From: Candidatus Methanoperedens sp.
GTDB lineage: Archaea > Halobacteriota > Methanosarcinia > Methanosarcinales > Methanoperedenaceae
Direction: 5' to 3'
Length of the DNA: 32,000 bases
Assembly (NCBI GenBank): GCA_041494705.1
Contig: JBGQBI010000005.1
Span: 180,001-212,000, forward strand
The notes under the pieces were generated by a model. The model ran no database searches. It was not told the DNA's origin and saw only the letters and a program-made list of their open reading frames with translations. The translations under genes and the position numbers were made by a program. Positions 25,507-32,000 of this stretch are shown here, piece after piece (within the stretch, counting starts at the first letter, position 1; each line of letters begins with the position of its first letter).

Positions 25507-26319
25507 TCATGTTCCTATCTGTAACGGTTCTGTTATTTTCTTTAACGTGGCTATGGCTGAGAGCGCGGCAAGATAACTTGTCCTGGGATTTGACGGGGAT
25601 GGAACATTTTCAACGTGACAGGTGAATGCCCCGAAATCCCCTTCTACCGTAATCTCATGAATGTTCCTTGAAGCTTCCGGGTCAACGAAAACCCTGACTT
25701 CGGTTTTCCTTGAGCCAATCCCTGCAAGACTCAATGAAGCCGCCACATTCACGTTTTGGGGAAATGCCTTCACAGCGTCCTCTGCGCTTCCTTTGAACAG
25801 GAGGGTTTTTTCATGAAAAGTTGCAAGGTCAATTTTATTCTCAATAACAAAAGGCGCGCCTGCAAGACCTTTCGGATTTTTTGTGGTGGAGAGCATTACT
25901 TTATTAATGGGTGCAACAGATGCCGATTTTAAGCCGTCGATGCCTGCGATGGCCCCGGATGGTATATAAATCCTGCACCTGTTATTTTTGGCGGCGCGGA
26001 TGAATTTATTTAACAACTCAGAATCAAGCAAAGCTCCCACGCTCATGACCATAAGGTCTTTTCCGTTTTCAAGCACGGTAAGCCCGTGCTCCCGCACCGC
26101 TTCCTGCGAGGCGCATTCAACAACAACATCAACACTTTTTATCAGTTCATCAATTCCTGAAATCATGGGCTTATTTTCAAGGTTTGCAATCATTTTTTCA
26201 CAATGTTCTATGCTCCTGTCATAAACTGCCATGAGCCTGGCATTGATAATACCTGTATCGATTGCTTTACATATTTCAGCGCCTATTGTGCCGCAGCCGA
26301 TTACACCGATTTTAAGCAT
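25507..26319 (-). CDS. nadX: L-aspartate dehydrogenase
   Basis: 270-aa ORF with an N-terminal dinucleotide fold (KIGVIGCGTIGAEI). Conserved blocks are VVECASQEAV, IPSGAIAGIDGL and TTKNPKGL, as in Thermotoga-type NadX. Its stop lies 1 nt before the tatC start. Confidence 0.85.
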   Translation of the reverse strand: MLKIGVIGCGTIGAEICKAIDTGIINARLMAVYDRSIEHCEKMIANLENKPMISGIDELIKSVDVVVECASQEAVREHGLTVLENGKDLMVMSVGALLDSELLNKFIRAAKNNRCRIYIPSGAIAGIDGLKSASVAPINKVMLSTTKNPKGLAGAPFVIENKIDLATFHEKTLLFKGSAEDAVKAFPQNVNVAASLSLAGIGSRKTEVRVFVDPEASRNIHEITVEGDFGAFTCHVENVPSPSNPRTSYLAALSAIATLKKITEPLQIGT

Positions 26320-26396
26320 AAGTACCTTTTATGTTTTCTAATACTTTAACAGTAGTATATAAGTAATCTGTGGACAATAAATCATAGGGATTGATT

Positions 26397-27218
26397 ATGC
26401 TATTATCTGAACTGGAACGTTTTATCGAGGAAGATATCGGATATAATGATGTCTCATGCAATATAATTCCTGACTGCAATGTGCATGCGGAAGTGATTGC
26501 GAAGGAATATGGTATTGCGGCAGGGCTTTCTGAAGCGACACAGGTTTTTGAATATTTTGATATTTTCGCAGCCACGGATTTCGTGGATGGCGACCTTATA
26601 AAAGAAAATGACATCGTCTTCACGCTTGAAGGGGGAGCGAGGTCTATTCTCAGGGCTGAAAGGCTGGCATTGAATTTCCTCGGGCGGATGAGCGGGATTG
26701 CCACCCTGACCCGGCAATACGTTGAAAGGGCGGACGGACCGAGAATCGCATGCACCAGGAAAACCACGCCTGGATTTAGAAAATTTGAGAAAAAAGCAGT
26801 TATAGCAGGCGGAGGTGACTCTCACAGGTTTAACCTCTCGGATACTGTCATGATAAAAGATAACCACATCGCAGTGCTCGGACTTGAAAAAGCCGTTAAT
26901 GCGGCAAAAAAAACTGCAAGCTTTACCCAGAAGATAGAAGTCGAGGTGGAAAATTCGGATTCTGCCATACAGGCTGCAGAGCTCGGGGTGGATATAATCA
27001 TGTTCGATAATATGTCCCCTGATGAAATCGTGAATGCTGTCAAAATACTAAAGGAAAAAGGCTTGAGGGATAAGGTAATCCTTGAAGCGTCAGGCAATAT
27101 ATCCCTTGAGAATATAGCCCGGTATGCAAAAACGGGAGTTGATGTTATTTCTGTTGGCGCGCTGACGCATTCATCAAACTGGCTTGATTTAAGCCTCAGG
27201 ATTGTATCAAAGGATTGA
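26397..27218 (+). CDS. nadC: Nicotinate-nucleotide pyrophosphorylase (quinolinate phosphoribosyltransferase)
   Basis: Conserved NadC blocks are present: ERLALNFLGRMSGIATLT, TRKTTPGFR..EKKAV.AGGG..HRF.LSD.VMIKDNH, DIIMFDNMSP and SGNI....I..YA.TGVD.ISVGALTHS. I prefer ATG 26397 over the track's TTG 26391. Confidence 0.9.
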   Translation: MLLSELERFIEEDIGYNDVSCNIIPDCNVHAEVIAKEYGIAAGLSEATQVFEYFDIFAATDFVDGDLIKENDIVFTLEGGARSILRAERLALNFLGRMSGIATLTRQYVERADGPRIACTRKTTPGFRKFEKKAVIAGGGDSHRFNLSDTVMIKDNHIAVLGLEKAVNAAKKTASFTQKIEVEVENSDSAIQAAELGVDIIMFDNMSPDEIVNAVKILKEKGLRDKVILEASGNISLENIARYAKTGVDVISVGALTHSSNWLDLSLRIVSKD

Positions 27219-27273
27219 CGCTGCCAATCAGAAAGGATAAAATACTGAGAAGCTATCTTAGGGTTACTCCTAC

Positions 27274-27348
27274 GGGGTCGTAGGGTAGCCTGGTCCATCC
27301 TTCATGCTTGGGGTGCATGAGACCTGAGTTCAAATCTCAGCGACCCCA
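27274..27348 (+). tRNA. tRNA-Pro (anticodon GGG)
   Basis: Hand-folded cloverleaf. The acceptor stem is GGGGTCG/CGACCCC. The D arm has A14, G18G19 and A21. The anticodon stem is CATGC/GCATG with loop TT-GGG-GT. The T arm is CTGAG-TTCAAAT-CTCAG and the discriminator is A. No CCA is encoded. Confidence 0.9.
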
Positions 27349-27390
27349 TATTGAACTCAAAAATTGTTCCATATCTGCTGTATTGAAATG

Positions 27391-27514
27391 GAGACTGTAA
27401 AAAAGTAAGTATTGAGCAAATTCTTCGCGTCCTTTGCGCCTCTGCGGTGGAAAATTCTGCACCGCAAAGACGCCAAGAGCGCAAAGTTAAATTTAAACAA
27501 AAGATTTTACATAC
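27391..27514 (-). mobile_element. MITE-like element, family B, copy 2 (uninterrupted, 124 bp)
   Basis: It is the reverse-complement homologue of 17736..17849+18004..18027. It is flanked by a perfect 9-bp direct repeat ATTGAAATG (27382..27390 and 27515..27523). It starts 43 nt after the tRNA-Pro 3' end. Confidence 0.75.
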
Positions 27515-27608
27515 ATTGAAATGAAAATCTTTATCCGAAAATAATGTATTAAAGCAAAACTTGCCTCAAAGATAACTGGTTTATTTACAAAGTATAAATG
27601 TGATACCA

Positions 27609-27857
27609 ATGACAACCGTTGAACTCTATTATTCGGACACATGCTCAAACTGCCACACGCTCCGGGCTCTTTTAATTGAGACACTTCCCAAAACCATGAA
27701 ATTCAAGGAAATCAACATATCTTATCCTGAAGGGCAGCGCCGCGCCTCTGAACTCGGTATAATGTCTGTTCCAACCGTGGCGATCGATGGAGAGGTTGTA
27801 TTTGTGGGAAGGGCATCAAAGGAAGAGATTTTAAAAGAGATAAGTTTAAGGAAATAG
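27609..27857 (+). CDS. Small thioredoxin/glutaredoxin-fold protein
   Basis: 82 aa counted from ATG 27609 (track starts at GTG 27600). The active-site CxxC is in YYSDTCSNCH, and the cis-Pro loop is SVPTVAIDGEVVFVG. Confidence 0.7.
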   Translation: MTTVELYYSDTCSNCHTLRALLIETLPKTMKFKEINISYPEGQRRASELGIMSVPTVAIDGEVVFVGRASKEEILKEISLRK

Positions 27858-27929
27858 GTTTTTTAATGAAAACAAAAGGGCGCAGGCATCTGATTACGAG
27901 AGTAGAACAAAAACGATTTTAACTCAACC

Positions 27930-28724
27930 TTATAATCTATTCATCTCGCACCTCACTCCCTTCTCCTCACATCTCCTCAAAACCCTCTCAAAAACCTCAC
28001 TATAATAATCCTCTCCTTTCAGAAAAATCCTTTCATAATCAGCAAGCACCTCCGGCTTAAACCCCGCAATAAACTCCCTCACCCCCTCCCACACTCCTTC
28101 CTTCAACCTCAACTTATCCACAAGCACATACTTCGGCTTCACCTCTGCAATAGCATCAACCAGCGCCTCAACATCAGTAATATAAGGCATTACTGGTCCA
28201 AGAAAGACCCATGTTTTAATCCCATTTTTCGAAAGCTCCTCCAGCGCGCGTAGCCTCTCCTCCACACTCGATGCGCCGGGTTCCATTTTAGCCCTCGCGC
28301 TGTCGTCAAGCGCCGTTAGCGTTACGCCCACCTCGATATTTGTGAACTTCTTCAACAGGTCAATATCTCTCAGCACAAGCGAGGATTTCGTCTGGATGCA
28401 CACGGGAAAATCGTGCATAAGCAAAAGTTCAAGGCACCGGCGCGTTATCTCGTATTTCTTCTCAGCGGGCTGGTATGGGTCTGTAACAGTCCCAAGCCCC
28501 ACAACACCTTTTTTCTTTACGCGCAGCTCCTTTGAAAGGATGCGCGGCAGGTTTACTTTTACCTCCACAAGCTCGCCCCATTTTCCTTTATCCCAGTGGA
28601 TGACTGACGGCGCATAGCAATAGACGCAGGCATGCGCGCAGCCCCTGTATGGATTGAGGGCATATTCCAGGTCGGGAAGCTGCGACGGTGAAAGTGCTGT
28701 TTTTACCTTTATTTCTCTTATCAT
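27930..28724 (-). CDS. Radical SAM protein, SplB-like ('DNA repair photolyase', COG1533-type)
   Basis: 264-aa ORF. The N-terminal cluster motif NPYRGCAHACVYCYAP (CxxxCxxC) and the overall layout resemble the spore-photoproduct-lyase-related radical SAM family. It lies 39 nt downstream of, and co-directional with, the nre gene. Confidence 0.75.
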   Translation of the reverse strand: MIREIKVKTALSPSQLPDLEYALNPYRGCAHACVYCYAPSVIHWDKGKWGELVEVKVNLPRILSKELRVKKKGVVGLGTVTDPYQPAEKKYEITRRCLELLLMHDFPVCIQTKSSLVLRDIDLLKKFTNIEVGVTLTALDDSARAKMEPGASSVEERLRALEELSKNGIKTWVFLGPVMPYITDVEALVDAIAEVKPKYVLVDKLRLKEGVWEGVREFIAGFKPEVLADYERIFLKGEDYYSEVFERVLRRCEEKGVRCEMNRL

Positions 28725-28763
28725 ATCATCGGAGTTCGTATCGAGTTCGTATTAGTTCGTTGT

Positions 28764-30020
28764 TTATTTTCCAAAAAAATCCTCAAGCCCTCTCTGGTAT
28801 AATGTATTTTTCAACACAGTGCTCTCCTTTATCCAGCGCGCCTTCGGGATGACAAGCCTCGTTGAAATATACGCAAAAGCGTCATCCAGAGAAGAGAACT
28901 TCATCGGAGGCGCCCGAACAGCAGCCCTCACATTCTCCCTCACGTTCCACACCCCGACAGGCATTATATAACCCGGATGCGCCTCCCTCAGTATCACCAC
29001 GCGCGCCTGCCTTCTTTCTTTCACGAGGTATTCATTCACCGCAAGGCGCGCAGCATAATAGCAACCTCCTATCTCGGCATACGTCGTTCTTCCCTCAAAA
29101 CCCTCGGAGGACGACATTATCGCCACGTCCTTCCCGAACGGGTTCCAGACTGTATTGGGATACCATGCCTCGATAAGCTCATAGCTCCATGCGCGCGGCA
29201 TCATCAAAACCACGAACCTGTTATCAAGCTGCCATGATTCAAAAACAAGGAATTCGTTAATCAAAGGGAAATCTTTCATTTTCTCCATCAGGTTAGCCCC
29301 AATCATGCTATCGACGGCGGTAATGCTCCACCGCGTGGGAACAAAGCGGCGGGCTTTTCCTTCCCCGAAAGAGCCTACACTAAAGGCTTTCTGGATGCTT
29401 GAGACAAGAGTATCCCTTTTGTAAAGCTCAAGCACAGCGTCCTTTGCCTTGAGGTCTGTATCGTTGTATGCCTTTTCCATCCTCTGGTCAAATTTCGTGT
29501 TCCCAACATCGATTTTCTTAAGGGGCGCTGTCGGGCCGAAGGGCTGGACCTCGTCATCAAGTACAAGCCTTGCCCTTGGTTTTTTCAGGAATTCAGCCTC
29601 AACATCCACAGGGGATGCGGACAGCGCCATCTCGCGTGTAGCTTCTACGATGCGGCTGCCTTCAAGGTCTCTTATATGCACAAGATGTTTGCCGCGGACA
29701 AGCTGTGAGCGAAAATCCACAATATCATCGATACTCTTCCCGATCCACATTTCAGGGGTGTCAAGAAGAGTTGTGTCGCCGTGCGATGGCGGGATTAACG
29801 GGCCTATGGACACGTATGGATATCCGATTCTTCCCACGAACACCCCGGGCGGTGAGGAGCCGTCGATGTTCAGGCTGTCAGTGAGCGGCTTGACTTTTGC
29901 TCTTGAATAGAATTTAACAAGGACGGGACACCTCTGTTTTCCGCATAATAATTTTGCGCCCCGGCAAAGGATGCAGAGGGCCTCACTGGCGCCGCTAAAT
30001 AGCGAATCCGGGCTTTCCAT
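28764..30020 (-). CDS. Nre-family archaeal DNA-repair protein (DUF650/DUF651 type) with C-terminal PIP box
   Basis: 418-aa ORF with an N-terminal Cys cluster CILCRGAKLLCGKQRCPVL, typical of Nre proteins. The extreme C-terminus QRGLEDFFGK fits the PCNA-interaction consensus QxxLxxFF (28773..28796). Confidence 0.75.
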   Translation of the reverse strand: MESPDSLFSGASEALCILCRGAKLLCGKQRCPVLVKFYSRAKVKPLTDSLNIDGSSPPGVFVGRIGYPYVSIGPLIPPSHGDTTLLDTPEMWIGKSIDDIVDFRSQLVRGKHLVHIRDLEGSRIVEATREMALSASPVDVEAEFLKKPRARLVLDDEVQPFGPTAPLKKIDVGNTKFDQRMEKAYNDTDLKAKDAVLELYKRDTLVSSIQKAFSVGSFGEGKARRFVPTRWSITAVDSMIGANLMEKMKDFPLINEFLVFESWQLDNRFVVLMMPRAWSYELIEAWYPNTVWNPFGKDVAIMSSSEGFEGRTTYAEIGGCYYAARLAVNEYLVKERRQARVVILREAHPGYIMPVGVWNVRENVRAAVRAPPMKFSSLDDAFAYISTRLVIPKARWIKESTVLKNTLYQRGLEDFFGK

Positions 30021-30079
30021 ATTATTAATTGATGATATGCATGGATATAATATAAACGCAAGCTCTGTGAAAGTAATTC

Positions 30080-30224
30080 GAGAATTTTTATTGTGTCTGG
30101 TTTAAAAAACCACAGAGAGCACAGAGGACACTGAGAAAAGGGGCTACTCTCTGTGCTCTCCGTGTGCTCTGTGGTCGATTATCTCTATCTGGATTCATTT
30201 ACCCAGAAAAAATTAAAAAATCTC
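30080..30224 (-). mobile_element. MITE-like element, family A, copy 3 (full length, 145 bp, inverted relative to copy 2)
   Basis: The termini are GAGAATTTTTA...AAAAAATCTC. The element is flanked by the 7-bp direct repeat GTAATTC (30073..30079 and 30225..30231). It aligns end to end with 17850..17995. Confidence 0.8.
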
Positions 30225-30273
30225 GTAATTCTGACAAAAGGATTATACCTTACAGAGTAATTAAGCCGATGTG

Positions 30274-30753
30274 ATGTTCATCGAAATAGACGGCTGGATG
30301 GCAAAACTGCGATTTTCTGCATGCCATTTCATTCCGAATCATCCCAAATGCGGCTGCCTGCACGGTCACACGTACGCGGTCAGCGTGCGGCTCGAAGGCG
30401 AACAGATCGGGGAATTTATAATTGATTTTGAGCTGGTTAAAAATATAGTAAACGGGATTTGCGACAGGCTGGACCATAAAGTCCTTATCGCTGAAAAAGA
30501 CCCGCGCCTTCGGATAGTGAAAAAGGATGGCGTCTCAATTGAAATCATAGAAAGTAAAAAGCGATACGTATTGCCTCTGGAAGATATTGTGTTCCTCCCC
30601 ACGAAATCAGTGAGTGCTGAAGACCTGTGCAAGTATTTCTCAACCGAAATGGCAAACGGGTTAAAATCAAATGGCGCGGATAATATCAAGAAGCTCCATG
30701 TCAGGGTGGATGAGGGCATAGGGCAGGGCGCTGGCTGTGAATTATCGCTTTAA
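30274..30753 (+). CDS. 6-pyruvoyl-tetrahydropterin synthase family protein (QueD / PTPS-like)
   Basis: The pattern FSACHFIP......CGCLHGHTY.V is the PTPS/QueD zinc and catalytic Cys/His signature. ATG 30274 follows the track's GTG 30271. Whether it serves the archaeosine or the pterin branch cannot be decided from sequence. Confidence 0.8.
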   Translation: MFIEIDGWMAKLRFSACHFIPNHPKCGCLHGHTYAVSVRLEGEQIGEFIIDFELVKNIVNGICDRLDHKVLIAEKDPRLRIVKKDGVSIEIIESKKRYVLPLEDIVFLPTKSVSAEDLCKYFSTEMANGLKSNGADNIKKLHVRVDEGIGQGAGCELSL

Positions 30754-30820
30754 TAACGCCAAAGTCGATTACATATTATTTTTATATCATCTGCATCCTA
30801 ATATGAAAGAGTGACAAATA

Positions 30821-32000
30821 ATGACCAGCAGGATTGAAGTAGGTTTTAAAAAGGGAATGAAAGACGCATTGGGCGAAGGTGTCAAGAAAAGGATAGTTGA
30901 AGACCTGCATATTAACGTGGACTCTGTCAGGACTATCGAGGTTTACACCTTTGACGCAGACTTTTCAGAAAATGAACTGAATCTGCTGGGTGAAAAATTA
31001 TTTGCCGACCCCGTAATCCAGGTCTTCTCATCCAAACCGCTGGCAGAGGATTTTTCATGGCTGATAGAAGTGGGATTCAAGCCTGGCGTGACCGACAATG
31101 TCGGAGCGACTTCGAAAAAGGCATCTGAAGACGTGCTTAAAACCGAATTGCGGGGAGTTTATTTTTCAAGACAGTATCTTATCAGGGGAAATATCACAAA
31201 AGAAGATGCCGATAAAATTGCAGGCGGGCTTCTTGCGAACAGCCTGATTGAAAGGTGGGAAATAATAAACATTGACGACTGGAACCGTGAAAAGGGCGTG
31301 CGCCTTCCACTGCCGGTAGTGAAAGGAAAACACACACCTTCGGTTTCGGCACTAAATCTGGATGTCAGCGACAACCAGTTAAAGGAAATAAGCGTTCAAA
31401 GACTTCTTGCCCTCAACCTTGCTGAAATGAAAACAATTCAGAAATATTTTTCTGATGCCGGTGTCAGAAAAGAAAGAAAAGAAATCGGTCTTTCCCTTCC
31501 CACGGACGTAGAAATCGAGGCGCTTGCACAGACATGGTCTGAACACTGTAAACACAAGATTTTCAACAGCCAGATAACCTATACTGATGAAAAAGGAACC
31601 AAGACAATAAATTCTCTTTTTGATACTTTCATAAAGCGCTCAACCAGGGAAATCAACAAACCCTGGCTTGTCTCTGTTTTTACCGATAACGCCGGAGTTA
31701 TCAAATTCAATGACGATTATAACCTTGTGATGAAGGTGGAGACGCACAATACACCCTCTGCACTTGACCCTTACGGCGGCGCAATCACGGGTATCGTAGG
31801 CGTGAACCGCGACCCGCTTGGCACTGGCATGGGGGCGCGGTTGATTTTCAATACCGATGTATTCTGTTTTGCATCGCCCTTCTATGACAAGGAATTACCG
31901 CCGCGGCTTCTGCACCCGAAAAGGATTTTCGAAGGGGTGAGGCGCGGCGTGGAGCACGGTGGGAACAAGAGCGGTATCCCGACGGTGAACGGCTGCATCG
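30821..32000 (+). CDS. purL: Phosphoribosylformylglycinamidine synthase, PurL family with fused tandem PurS-like N-terminus (5' partial, runs off the window)
   Basis: Hand-translated open frame from ATG 30821 to the window end; it is absent from the track because it has no stop. PurL motifs are present: TWSEHCKHKIF, KVETHNTPSALDPYGGAITG and GGNKSGIPTVNG. Residues 1-170 look like two PurS-like repeats. Confidence 0.8.
   Translation, partial: MTSRIEVGFKKGMKDALGEGVKKRIVEDLHINVDSVRTIEVYTFDADFSENELNLLGEKLFADPVIQVFSSKPLAEDFSWLIEVGFKPGVTDNVGATSKKASEDVLKTELRGVYFSRQYLIRGNITKEDADKIAGGLLANSLIERWEIINIDDWNREKGVRLPLPVVKGKHTPSVSALNLDVSDNQLKEISVQRLLALNLAEMKTIQKYFSDAGVRKERKEIGLSLPTDVEIEALAQTWSEHCKHKIFNSQITYTDEKGTKTINSLFDTFIKRSTREINKPWLVSVFTDNAGVIKFNDDYNLVMKVETHNTPSALDPYGGAITGIVGVNRDPLGTGMGARLIFNTDVFCFASPFYDKELPPRLLHPKRIFEGVRRGVEHGGNKSGIPTVNGCI

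Noticed and set aside
27349-27608. Checked the region downstream of tRNA-Pro for an integrase, att-site duplication of the tRNA 3' end, or prophage remnant.
   Set aside because: There is no integrase ORF and no repeat of the tRNA 3' half within the window. Only the 124-bp MITE-like element is present.
12215-30175. Recurrent CCACAGAGCACA / TGTGCTCTGTGG motifs considered as a possible CRISPR-like or other regularly spaced array.
   Set aside because: There are only three loci, separated by 5.6 and 12 kb. There is no regular repeat-spacer periodicity and no cas genes. The copies carry TIRs and TSDs, which fits MITEs instead.

Overview
This is an archaeal chromosomal window of 32 kb with high coding density, about 34 protein genes and one tRNA. 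The gene set suggests a Methanosarcinales-type euryarchaeon, but the taxon is inference only: PGF-CTERM surface protein, Nre, NMD3 and NOG1 homologues, NadX/NadC NAD route, archaeal ThiC.

Most genes are housekeeping:
- uvrC
- an SDH-type ClpP-fold protease
- an HTH+V4R regulator
- a methyltransferase
- a stomatin(SPFH)-NfeD operon
- NMD3, a sugar epimerase and a B12-radical-SAM gene in one tight cluster
- a small Smr-like protein
- a NOG1 GTPase
- thiC, translationally coupled to an orphan HerA-like ATPase
- a PGF-CTERM glycoprotein
- a flavin reductase and cutA
- an unusually long M50 site-2 protease
- a DtxR-family regulator with a split ECF Co/Ni transporter (cbiQ-cbiO / cbiM-small TM protein)
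- tatC, nadX, nadC and tRNA-Pro(GGG)
- a thioredoxin-like protein
- an nre / radical-SAM (SplB-like) DNA-repair pair
- a PTPS/QueD-family gene
- the 5' part of a PurS-PurL fusion

Several structures are not explained by genes:
- Two families of MITE-like palindromic elements, five copies in total. Three copies have intact 7-9 bp target-site duplications, and one is a nested insertion with a matching empty site elsewhere in the window.
- A 17-19 bp palindrome is present at both promoters of the metal-transporter locus.
- A 435-bp in-frame insertion in the M50 protease gene is bounded by ~35-bp direct repeats.
- A GC-rich triple-hairpin spacer lies between cutA and the flavin reductase gene.
- An AT-rich island of about 1 kb carries orphan ORFs.

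I saw no CRISPR array, rRNA, transposase, integrase or recognisable defence operon. I did not find a complete, convincing new multi-gene system. The findings below are leads, not demonstrations.
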